Part shown: piece after piece, positions 18,975-29,486 of the stretch
How the letters are laid out: each line of letters starts with the position of its first letter
Numbering within the stretch: position 1 is the stretch's first letter
Source: an uncultured Rikenellaceae bacterium
Lineage (GTDB): Bacteria > Bacteroidota > Bacteroidia > Bacteroidales > VadinHA17
Reading direction: 5' to 3'
DNA length: 64,000 bases
Assembly (NCBI GenBank): GCA_964633195.1
Contig: CAZWFL010000015.1
Span: forward strand, 12,764-76,763
Program-made: the position numbers and the translations under genes
The notes under the pieces: model-generated
Told to the model about the DNA's origin: nothing
The model's input: the letters and a program-made list of their open reading frames with translations, nothing else
The model's database searches: none

Positions 18975-20444
18975 ATGAAAAAAAGAAACACGGTCCTGCT
19001 TCTGGGGATAATTTCGATAATAATATTGATCTCTGTGCAGATTATCATCATCAGAGGCGTCTGGCAACAGAAAGACGAGATGTTCAATCTCCGCTACAGG
19101 CTCTTTTCACAGGATGCGCTGGCAACCATGGACAGACGCTGGGGAACAGACGGCTTCGACACGGCCAGGTATATCCTCAGCATGTTTTCCCAGCAGGTCG
19201 TCAGAGATATTGTTGCGATCACCGACGAAGCTCTCCTCAATGAAAAGAAAAAAGACATAATTGAATTTGTAACCGACATATTGAATGAAGAGCAGGACCT
19301 GTCGATGTTTTTGTCGGCTTATTTCGAAAGGCAGGGAATCGAAAAGGATTTCAAACATAAAATCATAATCAACTATTTCGAGCTGATCGATTTTGAGACC
19401 AGGATCCCGATTTATCTGAGTGACGAGTTCGTAAACAGGAGATTGATGAGACCACCTGGACAGACATCAGGTCAGGAAGCCGGGCAGAGATCTGTACAAG
19501 GAGCAGGACCGGAAGCAGTACCGGGGGCAGGACCGCCTCCGGAGATGAGCCGCAGGAGCTCCTCAGAAATACTGGTAAAAGGGACCCGGTACGAGAACAA
19601 TCATTACCGGCTCGATTTCGAATACTATATCGACTTCTCCGATAAGCAGAAAGTGATACTGAAAGAGACATCAGCTTCGCTCGCTCTTAGCATCATAAGT
19701 ATTCTGATTGTGGTGATACTCTTTATGACAACCTACCGTAACCTGATGGAAGAAAAGAGATTGTCAGACCTCAAGACCGATTTTATCAATAACATGACCC
19801 ATGAGCTTAAAACACCGCTGTCAACGATTACTGTGGCCGGAAGAACGCTTGAGATGGAAAGGATAAGGACCGACGAAAACAAGATTCTTGAAACAGCGAA
19901 GCTGATCGGAAAACAGAGTGTTAATCTCAATCAGCTTATTAACATGATCCTGGAGATAAGCATGTGGGAAAGAACAGAGTTCCAGCTTGACAAAAAGAAA
20001 GTAACGGTGGAAGAGCTGATGACCGATATTGTGGACAGCTTTAAAACAGGTTGTGGCAATTGTACTTCGCTCAGACAGAAATATAATTTTGACGGAGTTA
20101 CGGCAGATATCGATGTGATTTACTTTACCACACTTATTAATAACCTGCTCTCCAATGCAGTCAAGTATTGCGACAAAGATCCCGTTATAGAGGTCGAAGG
20201 ATCCAGGGAGAATAGTAATTTAACCATCAGAATCTCTGATAATGGTATCGGCATCAGCAGGAATGATCAGAAACATGTTTTTGATAAGTTTTACAGAGCC
20301 TCTTCGGGCAACATACATAAGTACAAAGGACTGGGACTCGGACTCTATTACGTGAAAAAAATAGCCGTGGCTCACGGAGGGGACGTTACCCTGAGCAGCA
20401 AACCGGGAAAAGGGAGTATATTTACGGTAACTATTCCATATTAA
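18975..20444 (+). CDS. Sensor histidine kinase
   Basis: Two TM helices flanking a sensor domain of about 200 aa. HisKA H-box NMTHELKTPL and HATPase_c N/G boxes (LLSNAVKY, DNGIGI, GLGLGL). Confidence 0.92.
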   Translation: MKKRNTVLLLGIISIIILISVQIIIIRGVWQQKDEMFNLRYRLFSQDALATMDRRWGTDGFDTARYILSMFSQQVVRDIVAITDEALLNEKKKDIIEFVTDILNEEQDLSMFLSAYFERQGIEKDFKHKIIINYFELIDFETRIPIYLSDEFVNRRLMRPPGQTSGQEAGQRSVQGAGPEAVPGAGPPPEMSRRSSSEILVKGTRYENNHYRLDFEYYIDFSDKQKVILKETSASLALSIISILIVVILFMTTYRNLMEEKRLSDLKTDFINNMTHELKTPLSTITVAGRTLEMERIRTDENKILETAKLIGKQSVNLNQLINMILEISMWERTEFQLDKKKVTVEELMTDIVDSFKTGCGNCTSLRQKYNFDGVTADIDVIYFTTLINNLLSNAVKYCDKDPVIEVEGSRENSNLTIRISDNGIGISRNDQKHVFDKFYRASSGNIHKYKGLGLGLYYVKKIAVAHGGDVTLSSKPGKGSIFTVTIPY

Positions 20445-20456
20445 TATTATTTACAA

Positions 20457-21158
20457 ATGAAAGTATTATTGGCAGAAGATGACAGGGATTTCGGGAACAT
20501 ACTGTCACAATATATAAGCATCAGTGGATTTGAAGTCAGCCTGGCAAGGGACGGCAGAGAGGCATGGGAGCTGTTTGAGAAGGAGAGGCCCGACCTTTGT
20601 GTTCTCGATGTAATGATGCCCGAAATGGATGGTTTTACCCTTGGAGAGAAAATTAAGAAATCGCATCCTGATATACCTGTTATTTTTCTTACGGCAAAAA
20701 GCATGAAGGAGGATATTGTCAGGGGCCTTAAGATCGGAGCTGATGATTATATTACAAAGCCTTTTGATCCGGAGGTACTTATCCTCAGAATAAATAACAT
20801 TCTGAAGAGAGCCTATTCATCCTCAAACGATGAGTTCCGTATCTCCTCAACATTGCTTAAATTCAACACACTTGAGCTGATCAGCGGGAACAGGAAAGAG
20901 AAGCTTACACTGAAAGAGGCTCAGCTGCTGAAATATTTTATCGTCAATAAGAATAAAATCCTGGCAAGAGAAGATATTCTTACCGAGATATGGGGTGAGG
21001 ATGATTATTTCCTCGGCAGAAGCATGGATGTCTTTATATCAAGGCTGAGAAAATATCTTTCCGACGACAAGAACATCGATATCAGGACCGTAAGAGGTAC
21101 CGGGTTTATTCTTGAAGAGATACAAAAGGGAGAAGATTTTAAAAACGAGGAGATATAA
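20457..21158 (+). CDS. OmpR/PhoB-family response regulator
   Basis: Receiver domain (LLAEDD.., DVMMPEMDG, LTAK) and a C-terminal winged helix (..RLRKYL.. VRGTGF). Confidence 0.92.
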   Translation: MKVLLAEDDRDFGNILSQYISISGFEVSLARDGREAWELFEKERPDLCVLDVMMPEMDGFTLGEKIKKSHPDIPVIFLTAKSMKEDIVRGLKIGADDYITKPFDPEVLILRINNILKRAYSSSNDEFRISSTLLKFNTLELISGNRKEKLTLKEAQLLKYFIVNKNKILAREDILTEIWGEDDYFLGRSMDVFISRLRKYLSDDKNIDIRTVRGTGFILEEIQKGEDFKNEEI

Positions 21159-21165
21159 AACTATC

Positions 21166-22272
21166 TTACCTTACTTCTCCGAGTACCTCGTTCACCTTAT
21201 TATAAAGGGCATCCCCCCGCAGATTTCTTGCTACTATGGTTCCGTTCTCATCGAGAAGGAAGTTTGCCGGTATTGAATTCACCGCATACATTCTGGCGGC
21301 TGCACTGTTCCAGTACTGAAGGTCTGAAACATGCGTCCATGTAAGCTTATCATCAGCAATGGCCTTTACCCAGTCTTCCCTTGTCCTGTCGAGAGAGACT
21401 CCGAACACGTCAAAACCTTTTTTATTAAATTCATTATAGACCTTAACGACATGAGGATTCTCCTGCCGGCACGGTCCGCACCATGCGGCCCAGAAATCGA
21501 GTAAAAGCAGCCTGGGGCCTACCTTCGAATAAAGGGTAACGGGGTTTCCGTCAACGTCGTTCAATGTAAAATCAGGAGCTTTCTGCCCCACCGAAACAGA
21601 CTTCATCTGCTCAACTCTCTCCTTCAGACTCAGCATTATGGGAATATTTGCAACGTTTGTATCCATGCCCGATATATAGGATTCAATCTCCTGTGCATCG
21701 AGCTCGTAGCTAAGTCCCTGCAGCAATGAAGGAGCAAAATAGGATGAAGGATTGCTCCTGATGAAATCCAACTGAAGTGCTTTCATCTGCTCCTGGATAT
21801 TTTCCGCCTGTTTCTGAAGCTCCGCCATCCTTTCTTCATTCTTTTCCTGACTGGCGATCTGGTATTCATTGTAAATACCGGAATATTGATCGTTCAAAGG
21901 TTTGTTTGACTCCATAAACAAGGTGTATTCATCATGAGTCTTCGAACCGGTGATCTTTGAGTCAGCAATCGAATCAAGCTTACCTGCTATGGTAATATTA
22001 CTGTTCTCAATATAAAATGAAATCCTGCCCATTGTCTCCCTGGCAACCAGCATTACCATCTGAGGAAAATCAACCGCGCCTCCCTTAATCCTGAATGATC
22101 CGTTTTTTGCCAGTGCCGAATCAAGCGTTACCAGGCCTCCGGCTTCCCTCTTCTGAAGATAGAAGGTAACACTGTCGGCCCCTTCTATATCGCCTTTTAT
22201 TGTATATCGTGGTTCCGTGGAACAGGCAGTTATTATGATAACTACTGACAACAGTAAGAATAATTTTCTCAT
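21166..22272 (-). CDS. TlpA/ResA-type thiol-disulfide oxidoreductase lipoprotein with an N-terminal DUF4369-like domain
   Basis: Lipobox (..IITACS) and thioredoxin fold with WAAWCGPC. Confidence 0.88.
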   Translation of the reverse strand: MRKLFLLLSVVIIITACSTEPRYTIKGDIEGADSVTFYLQKREAGGLVTLDSALAKNGSFRIKGGAVDFPQMVMLVARETMGRISFYIENSNITIAGKLDSIADSKITGSKTHDEYTLFMESNKPLNDQYSGIYNEYQIASQEKNEERMAELQKQAENIQEQMKALQLDFIRSNPSSYFAPSLLQGLSYELDAQEIESYISGMDTNVANIPIMLSLKERVEQMKSVSVGQKAPDFTLNDVDGNPVTLYSKVGPRLLLLDFWAAWCGPCRQENPHVVKVYNEFNKKGFDVFGVSLDRTREDWVKAIADDKLTWTHVSDLQYWNSAAARMYAVNSIPANFLLDENGTIVARNLRGDALYNKVNEVLGEVR

Positions 22273-22331
22273 AATTAGTGAATTTGAGTGTTTTAACAGA
22301 TTTTATTGCCGCGCAAATATATTAAATATTG

Positions 22332-23429
22332 TCACTCGCAAATATTTTTGTTGTATTTATCAATTAATTTTATTGCGGCCTTATAGGATGTTATTGCGCT
22401 GTCATTCAGATTCTCTTCGATTTGCGGCAGCAGACGTCTGACTTCACTGTTGTTGTAGAATGAATTGTTCAGATATTCCAGAATAGTGTCATGCATTCTT
22501 TCAACAGCCTGCTTTTTTCTCATCTTTTCAAGATAGCCCGATCCGGAGGCAAATTCCATGTAATCATTAATAGTGACCCAAACCTCCTTTATCCCTGCTC
22601 CTTTTTGTGAGGAACAGGTCATTACCCGGGGGCTCCATCCTGATTCAGGTGCCGGGAACATATTCAGTGCATTTTGAAACAGGATTTTCGCGTTTTCGGC
22701 ATTTGCACTGTTCTGCCCATCAGCCTTGGTAATGGCTATCGCATCTGCCATTTCCATTATCCCCCGCTTAATGCCCTGCAATTCATCACCCGCACCGGCA
22801 AGCATCAAAAGCAGAAAAAAATCGACCATGGTATGGACCGATGTTTCTGACTGTCCGACACCGACAGTCTCAACTATAATTGTATTGAAACCTGCTGCTT
22901 CGCAAAGGATAATGGACTCCCGGGTTTTACGCGCAACCCCGCCCAGCCTCCCGGCCGATGGTGAAGGCCGGATGAAAGCATCAGGATGAAGACTCAGCCG
23001 CTCCATCCTTGTTTTATCCCCAAGAATACTCCCTTTTGTCCTGTCACTGCTCGGATCAATTGCCAGGACTGCGAGCTTCCTTCCCTCGCCCAGCACCAGC
23101 ATCCCGAATTCATCGATAAAGGTGCTTTTCCCGACTCCCGGAACACCGGTTATACCTATCCTCACCGACCTGGCGCTATAAGGCAGACACCTTTCTATTA
23201 CCGACTGGGCAAGTTCATAATGCTCCGGCAGGGAGCTTTCCGTTAATGTTATAGCCTGACTGAGTATGGTTCTGTTACCGGTGAGTATTCCATCAACGTA
23301 CTCGCCGAGTGAATATTTCTTACGCGTTTTACTCCCTCTGCCTTTAAGTATAAAGGGGTTGATATTGGGAGGAGAAGAGACTCCACCGTTTACCCTGAGC
23401 GCACTTTGGTATTTCTTTTTCTGCTCCAT
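22332..23429 (-). CDS. meaB: Methylmalonyl-CoA mutase-associated GTPase (ArgK/MeaB)
   Basis: GVPGVGKST P-loop and ArgK-like sequence throughout. I prefer the ATG at 23429 (MEQKKKY..) over 23468. Confidence 0.85.
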   Translation of the reverse strand: MEQKKKYQSALRVNGGVSSPPNINPFILKGRGSKTRKKYSLGEYVDGILTGNRTILSQAITLTESSLPEHYELAQSVIERCLPYSARSVRIGITGVPGVGKSTFIDEFGMLVLGEGRKLAVLAIDPSSDRTKGSILGDKTRMERLSLHPDAFIRPSPSAGRLGGVARKTRESIILCEAAGFNTIIVETVGVGQSETSVHTMVDFFLLLMLAGAGDELQGIKRGIMEMADAIAITKADGQNSANAENAKILFQNALNMFPAPESGWSPRVMTCSSQKGAGIKEVWVTINDYMEFASGSGYLEKMRKKQAVERMHDTILEYLNNSFYNNSEVRRLLPQIEENLNDSAITSYKAAIKLIDKYNKNICE

Positions 23430-23534
23430 CGGATCTGATAAGCACCTGCAAAGATAACATAAAGGCAATAGCAGGGCAATATTATCTTACCACTGACGAT
23501 CAATATTTTAAGTTTCAGGAAAAGTGTCTGTAGA

Positions 23535-24626
23535 CTATTGTGAAGCCATTCCGGGAACCACCTCGGCGGTAAGCATCAGGACAACCTCTGATTTCCTGGG
23601 ATCATTTGTGTAGACATAAATTGCCTTGGTTGTCTTGCCCTTAAAGCTGCCGGAATTAAAGACTGCCTTAATGGAACTGGATTCACCCGCTTTTATGGGA
23701 ACATCCTTCACTCCCTGCTGAACTGCAGTGCATCCGCATGTTGATCTTATATGCCTTATTATCAGATCGTTTTTCCCTCCGTTAGTGAATTTGAACTCAA
23801 CTTCCTTCGAGGTTGCATCCGGCATTTTGCCAAGATCTACATTGGTGCTGGCAACATTGAAGACCGGTGCATTTACCAGATCCTCCTTTGAAAGCTTCGA
23901 AAAATCCTCAACCAGATTGGCAGAAACATAATAATATACTTTGGGATTAACTTCCCCGTTCACCTTGACCCTGATCAGATCGCTTACAGTTCCCCAGTTC
24001 TGATTCTTAACTGCATCATATGTGCCCTCAACGATGCCTTTCTGCCCGGGTTTAAGAGTTTCCGGATTCGCTTTAAGCGCCAGGTGAGGTGGAATATTTT
24101 CGAATTCAATCTTAGCAGGTGCATTGGATGTATTTATAATCTGCATTACTCTTATCTTCTTTTCAGTCTTTTTGACATTGGTGAATGCAAGATGGTTGCT
24201 CTCGAACCTCACCGGTCCGACAGGAAAGGTATAAATCTCTTCTACTGTCTTCTCACGTGGAACCACTTCACCCTTTATTGTAAGAACAACTACCTGGGGC
24301 TTTGCATTTGAATAAACAGCCAGAGTCTTGCTGAAAGCGCCGGGTCTGTTAGCCGGATCATATATTGCGGTTATCTTGCCGGTAGCCCCCGGAGGGATCG
24401 GAGACTTTGTCCACTCTGGAGTTGTGCACCCGCACGATGCAACAATATTCTGGATAACAAGCGGCATGTTGCCATCGTTCTTCACTGTAAAATCATATGT
24501 CTGCCTGCCTGCTTCCTCTTTGAATTTTCCGAAATTGTACTCCGATGATGATAGTTGTACCTTTGGCTGTCCCATTCCACTCAATACAAATGATGCCAGT
24601 ACCGCAACCATAAAAGCTCTTTTCAT
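23535..24626 (-). CDS. DUF1573 domain-containing secreted protein (at least two repeats)
   Basis: Signal peptide. Repeated F.N.G...L.I....SCGCT modules (VASCGCTTPEW and RSTCGCTAVQ). Confidence 0.8.
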   Translation of the reverse strand: MKRAFMVAVLASFVLSGMGQPKVQLSSSEYNFGKFKEEAGRQTYDFTVKNDGNMPLVIQNIVASCGCTTPEWTKSPIPPGATGKITAIYDPANRPGAFSKTLAVYSNAKPQVVVLTIKGEVVPREKTVEEIYTFPVGPVRFESNHLAFTNVKKTEKKIRVMQIINTSNAPAKIEFENIPPHLALKANPETLKPGQKGIVEGTYDAVKNQNWGTVSDLIRVKVNGEVNPKVYYYVSANLVEDFSKLSKEDLVNAPVFNVASTNVDLGKMPDATSKEVEFKFTNGGKNDLIIRHIRSTCGCTAVQQGVKDVPIKAGESSSIKAVFNSGSFKGKTTKAIYVYTNDPRKSEVVLMLTAEVVPGMASQ

Positions 24627-24800
24627 ACAGATTAATTTATTTCAGTTTAATGATTACAATTTAATATTATCAGTATAACGATCCAATTCTAAAAATAGTT
24701 TCATTACAACACACAAAAATCAGACCAAAAAGAGTTGTTATATAAAGTGAACAAAAGTAATAAAGTTTGGTTTTTTTTTAAAACTTAAGTTATATTATTT

Positions 24801-24808
24801 TAGTTTTG
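24801..24808 (+). promoter_or_regulatory. -7 box TAGTTTTG upstream of the 1091-aa outer-membrane protein gene
   Basis: Matches TAnnTTTG, 72 nt upstream of the ATG at 24880, in an AT-rich divergent spacer. Confidence 0.35.
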
Positions 24809-24879
24809 CTCCCTGGCACCGTTTGTTTGGAACAGAATTTGCAGATCACAATCCGGCCTGTCAGTTTATAATAAGAAGT

Positions 24880-27800
24880 ATGAAAATCACCAAATGTCTG
24901 ATAATCATAATTATAGGATGCTCTCTCTGGCCGGAGGCAGTGGCTCAGTTCTATAATGGACATCAGATGCCGTTTGGGAAGAATAAAGTTCAGTATTACG
25001 ATTATTACTGGTCTTTCTACAGATTTGATGATTTCGATTGCTATTTCAATGAGTACGGCAGGGAACTTGCGCAATTCACTTCTGATTTTGCAATGAAGAA
25101 GCTGAATGAGATTGAGGAATATTTCGATTACACTCTCGAGAAAAGACTCATTTTCATTATCTACAATAAGCAGGCAGAGTTCAGGCAGTCAAATATTGGC
25201 CTTGTAACCTTCGATGAGGATACTTATAACACCGGTGGATTCAGCAGGATCATCAAAAACAAGGTGATGGTCTATTATGAAGGCGATCATGTTGATTTTC
25301 AGAAACAGATTGCAGCATCAATAGCTGAGGCCATGGTTAACGAGATGCTCTACAGTGCCGACATGAAGGACAGGATTTCAAGCTCATCTGTTATACAAAC
25401 GCCTGACTGGTACCTCAAAGGGCTCGTCAACTATGTTGCTTTCGGATGGGATTTCGATCTTGACAACAGGGTGAGGGATGGCCTGAGCAACGGTAAATAT
25501 CACAAAATTAACCATCTCGAGTACGATGATGCCATATATGCGGGCCAGTCGTTCTGGAGGTTCATCGGACGTGAATATGGAGATGCCATTATACCCAACA
25601 TAATTTATCTCACCAAGATCTATAAAAATATCGACGACGGATTCCTGTATGTAACAGGGAAAAAGCTTAAGGAATTACTGAAAGAATGGCGCGAATATTA
25701 CACTGAGGAGTATAGTGACGACAGTGGCCGTCCCGGCAATGATGGAAATGTGATCCGTAAATCGCGCAGGGAGCAGATGTTCCAGCATGTAAGGATCAGT
25801 CCCGATGGTGCTTATCTTGCATATGTTACAAACGACTGGGGCAGAAAAAAGATATGGGTTTATGACAGGGCAACTGAAAAACAAAGGGTGATCTTCAGGG
25901 CAGAACCGCGATTTGAGCAGAAAACAGACAACACATATCCTGTCCTGGCATGGCACCCGAGCAGCAGAATACTGACATATATCAATGAGGAGAAAGCCGG
26001 ACTGGTAATGTATTTCCACAGGGCTGAGGAGAAGAGTACAGAAGAGAGAAATCTTCTTTATTTCGACAAGATACTCGATTTCTCATACTCTCCCGACGGT
26101 ACACGCCTCCTCTTTTCTGCAGTTAAAGACGGTATCACCGATATTTACATCCATACCATCGCCTCAGGCACCAATGAGCAGATAACAAGAGATGTCGCTG
26201 ATGATCTTCATCCGGTATGGCTCAGGGATACGCCTGATATGATAATGTTCACCTCAAACAGGTTAAATGACACACTGACTAATACCGGAAGTCCCTTTGA
26301 AAGGCTTTCACATACCTTTGACCTCTTCCTTTATAATATAAATACCAGAAGCAACCTGCTCATAAGGCTTCCTGAGGGCAGATTTTCAAGCAGGTACCAG
26401 CCAACGGGCGCCGGCAGGAACATCTTCTCCTATGTAGGCGACAGCAATGGTATCCTTAACAGGTACACCGCCTCATTCGACAGCACCATAAGCCATATTG
26501 ACACCATCACTCATTACAGGTATTTCATTAAATCCCTCCCTGCATCCGATTACGACCGTAATATCCTGGACCAGTCTGTAGCCGATGCATCCTCTGCCTA
26601 TGGTGAGATTGTTTTCAATGAAGGGAAATATCAGCTGAGGGAAGGTGATCTTGGGCAAAATGTTACGGAGCAACCAGGAGATTTAACAATGACCCGGTTC
26701 AGAGATGAAAGGAACCAGTTTCTGCACAGGGCCGACAGTATTGAACAGATAAGACAATGGCTTATTGCAGAGGATAAACGGAGACGCGATACGCTTACTA
26801 AGCCTCTGTATGAATATTATATAACTGACGAACCGATCGACATCAACCACTATATATTCGAAAAAGAGAAGCAGAACTACTACGACCAGCTCTGGCGCAA
26901 GGACTACATGGACATAGACCTTGATACCGGCACTCTGAAGTTGCCTCTGATAAGGATTTATGAAACATCTTTCTATAATAATTATATTGCCAACCAGGTC
27001 GATTTCAGCTTCCTCAATAATGCCTACCAGGTCTTCAACGGAGGTGCGCCTTACTTTAACCCAGGGCTCAATATGCTTACCAAGTTCGGAATACTTGATC
27101 TTTTTGAAGATTACAGGCTGACTGCAGGATTCAGGTTCTCTGGTAATTTCGACAGCAATGAATACCTGATCAGCGCCGAGAACCTGAAGGGCAAATTTGA
27201 CAAGCAACTTATCTTCCATCGGCAGGCATTCTTCAGCTCCGACGGTTTCGACTATTTCAGGACACATACTCATAATGTCCATCTGTCATACGCCAGGCCC
27301 TTAACCCCGGTACTTGCCCTTAAGGGTACCCTGAGTTACAGGTACGACCGGCACGTTTATCTTGCCACCGATCTGGTATCTCTTACCAGCGATAACATTT
27401 CAAGACACTGGTTTAGTCTCAAGGGTGAAGTTATTTATGACAATACCCGCAAAAGAGCTGTCAATATTTATTTCGGGACCAGATACAAGATATTTGGCGA
27501 ATATTACCGGCAACTCACTAATAAGAAATCTGACATGGTCGTTATAGGTGTTGATTTCAGGAACTATACGAGAATTCACCGTGAACTGATCTGGGCAAAC
27601 CGTTTTGCGGCAAGCGCGTCATACGGCCCTACAAAGCTTGTTTATTACATGGGTGGCGTTGACAACTGGATGGGCTATCTTTTCAGCAAAGTACCAATGT
27701 TCGACAACTCCATCGCTGTAAGCAACAGTGTTAATTATGGCTTTCAGGCACTTGCAACCAACATGAGAGGATTCACCCAGAACGTTCGTAACGGCAGCCG

Positions 27801-28155
27801 GTTTGCACTTTTCAACAGTGAGATCAGATGGCCGTTCGTCAGGTATTTTGCCGGCCATCCTCTTAAGTCCAATTTCCTCAACAGCCTCCAGGTGGTTGGA
27901 TTCGGCGATATAGGAACAGCATGGGAAGGGAGAAGCCCCTGGTCAGGAGAGAATGCCTATGATACAGAAACGATTATCAACGGACCTGTCGAGGTTACTC
28001 TCGACACAAACAAAAAGCCGATCGTCGCGGGATTCGGCGCAGGACTGAGAGCCCAGCTCTTCGGATATTTTGTCAGGGCCGACTGGGCCTGGGGCGTGGA
28101 AAACGATTATATTCTCCCAAGAATATTTTATCTCTCATTCAGTCTCGACTTTTAG
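24880..28155 (+). CDS. Large outer-membrane protein with TolB-like beta-propeller repeats and a C-terminal Omp85/BamA-like beta-barrel
   Basis: Signal peptide from the ATG at 24880 (MKITKCLIIIIIGCSLWPEAVAQ). SPDG repeats (ISPDGAYLAYV, YSPDGTRLLFS). The C-terminal ~350 aa are beta-strand rich and end ..FYLSFSLDF. Confidence 0.6.
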   Translation: MKITKCLIIIIIGCSLWPEAVAQFYNGHQMPFGKNKVQYYDYYWSFYRFDDFDCYFNEYGRELAQFTSDFAMKKLNEIEEYFDYTLEKRLIFIIYNKQAEFRQSNIGLVTFDEDTYNTGGFSRIIKNKVMVYYEGDHVDFQKQIAASIAEAMVNEMLYSADMKDRISSSSVIQTPDWYLKGLVNYVAFGWDFDLDNRVRDGLSNGKYHKINHLEYDDAIYAGQSFWRFIGREYGDAIIPNIIYLTKIYKNIDDGFLYVTGKKLKELLKEWREYYTEEYSDDSGRPGNDGNVIRKSRREQMFQHVRISPDGAYLAYVTNDWGRKKIWVYDRATEKQRVIFRAEPRFEQKTDNTYPVLAWHPSSRILTYINEEKAGLVMYFHRAEEKSTEERNLLYFDKILDFSYSPDGTRLLFSAVKDGITDIYIHTIASGTNEQITRDVADDLHPVWLRDTPDMIMFTSNRLNDTLTNTGSPFERLSHTFDLFLYNINTRSNLLIRLPEGRFSSRYQPTGAGRNIFSYVGDSNGILNRYTASFDSTISHIDTITHYRYFIKSLPASDYDRNILDQSVADASSAYGEIVFNEGKYQLREGDLGQNVTEQPGDLTMTRFRDERNQFLHRADSIEQIRQWLIAEDKRRRDTLTKPLYEYYITDEPIDINHYIFEKEKQNYYDQLWRKDYMDIDLDTGTLKLPLIRIYETSFYNNYIANQVDFSFLNNAYQVFNGGAPYFNPGLNMLTKFGILDLFEDYRLTAGFRFSGNFDSNEYLISAENLKGKFDKQLIFHRQAFFSSDGFDYFRTHTHNVHLSYARPLTPVLALKGTLSYRYDRHVYLATDLVSLTSDNISRHWFSLKGEVIYDNTRKRAVNIYFGTRYKIFGEYYRQLTNKKSDMVVIGVDFRNYTRIHRELIWANRFAASASYGPTKLVYYMGGVDNWMGYLFSKVPMFDNSIAVSNSVNYGFQALATNMRGFTQNVRNGSRFALFNSEIRWPFVRYFAGHPLKSNFLNSLQVVGFGDIGTAWEGRSPWSGENAYDTETIINGPVEVTLDTNKKPIVAGFGAGLRAQLFGYFVRADWAWGVENDYILPRIFYLSFSLDF

Positions 28156-28179
28156 AGATAATCTCCTATTTACCATCCA

Positions 28180-29430
28180 ATGACAGATATCAAAAAACTG
28201 ATAATCCAGCAATCATCATTACTGAAAGAGGAAGTAAGGCAGTTAAGGCGTCACTTCCATAAATATCCTGAACTGTCATACAAGGAGCATGAAACCGCTT
28301 CATACATATCCGGGTATCTTCATCAGCATGGAATAAATTTCAGACAGAGGATCGCAGGTACTGGTATTATCGGAAGAATTGACGGTAATCTCTCAGGAAA
28401 GGTAGTTATTGGAGTAAGGGCTGAAATGGATGCCCTTCCGGTGACTGAGGAGACGGGGCTCGACTTTGCCAGTCTCAATCGCGGCATTATGCATGCATGC
28501 GGGCACGACGCCCATATGGCAATGCTTCTGGCAACCGGAAGGCTTCTGAACAACATCCGCGACCATTTTGGAGGAACGGTGCTCCTTATCTTCCAGCCTG
28601 GTGAAGAAAAATCACCGGGAGGCGCCAGACTGATGCTGGAATCAGGAGAACTGGACAATCCTCAACCCTCAATCTTTATCGCCCAGCATATTCTTCCCGA
28701 ACTCGAAACAGGCAGGGTTGGATACAAACCGGGACCCTACATGGCATCATGCGATGAGATATACATTACGGTTGCCGGTAAAGGGGGCCATGCCGCACTC
28801 CCTCACCTCACAACCGACCAGATCTTTGTCGCTTCAAAGCTTGTTGTAAGACTTAAAGAGGCAATCAGATACAACAGCAATGCAGGATCAGCCTCAGCCC
28901 TTCTGGGAATCGGCAGGATAACCGGTGAAGGTGCAACAAATGTGATCCCGGCAAAAGTTGAAATAGCAGGTACCCTGAGAACTTTCGATGAGATAATAAG
29001 GGAGGAAAACAAACACCTGATAAAAAGAATCGCTGCCGAAACAGCTGACGAATACATGGTTAATATCGGAGTCAGAATTGAAGAGGGCTATCCGGCACTT
29101 GTCAATGACCGGGACCTGACAGAGAAAGCTGTCAGGCTCAGTGGAGATCTGCTGGGCAGAGATAGAGTTGAGATCTATAAAGAACTGAGAATGAGTTCGG
29201 ATGATTTCTCATTCTACTCACAGGCAGCCCCCTCGCTTTATTTCAGGACAGGAATAAGAAAGAGGGACGCAAAACCCGGCATGCTGCATTCATCCGTTTT
29301 CGATATTGATGAGGAGGGATTGGTGACCGGTATGGCAAATATTTCATGGCTTGTCATAAGCTTCCTGTCAGATGAGTCTGAACAGGAGTTTAATAATCCC
29401 AATAATGATAAAGATCTTTTTTCAATTTGA
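28180..29430 (+). CDS. M20 family amidohydrolase (N-acyl-L-amino acid amidohydrolase / hippurate hydrolase type)
   Basis: MHACGHDAH motif, ..FQPGEE.. and overall M20D architecture. Confidence 0.88.
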   Translation: MTDIKKLIIQQSSLLKEEVRQLRRHFHKYPELSYKEHETASYISGYLHQHGINFRQRIAGTGIIGRIDGNLSGKVVIGVRAEMDALPVTEETGLDFASLNRGIMHACGHDAHMAMLLATGRLLNNIRDHFGGTVLLIFQPGEEKSPGGARLMLESGELDNPQPSIFIAQHILPELETGRVGYKPGPYMASCDEIYITVAGKGGHAALPHLTTDQIFVASKLVVRLKEAIRYNSNAGSASALLGIGRITGEGATNVIPAKVEIAGTLRTFDEIIREENKHLIKRIAAETADEYMVNIGVRIEEGYPALVNDRDLTEKAVRLSGDLLGRDRVEIYKELRMSSDDFSFYSQAAPSLYFRTGIRKRDAKPGMLHSSVFDIDEEGLVTGMANISWLVISFLSDESEQEFNNPNNDKDLFSI

Positions 29431-29440
29431 AAAATAAAGA

Positions 29441-29448
29441 TATTTTTG
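29441..29448 (+). promoter_or_regulatory. -7 box TATTTTTG upstream of the ferredoxin gene
   Basis: Exact TAnnTTTG match 39 nt upstream of the ATG at 29487. Confidence 0.45.
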
Positions 29449-29486
29449 CACAGTTTATGTAATTCAGTAACTAAAACAACATAGAA

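Noticed and set aside
22332-23429. Orphan meaB lacking an adjacent methylmalonyl-CoA mutase as an anomaly
   Set aside because: The mutase genes can be encoded elsewhere. The carboxyltransferase and BCCP at 43-45 kb show that the propionate/methylmalonyl pathway is present. This cannot be judged from one window.
26683-27282. 199-aa minus-strand ORF inside the large outer-membrane protein gene. The same holds for 6656-7165 in uvrA, 44709-45206 in the carboxyltransferase gene and 46563-47048 in tgt.
   Set aside because: All are antisense to strongly supported genes, lack recognisable motifs and have no plausible promoter or independent start context.
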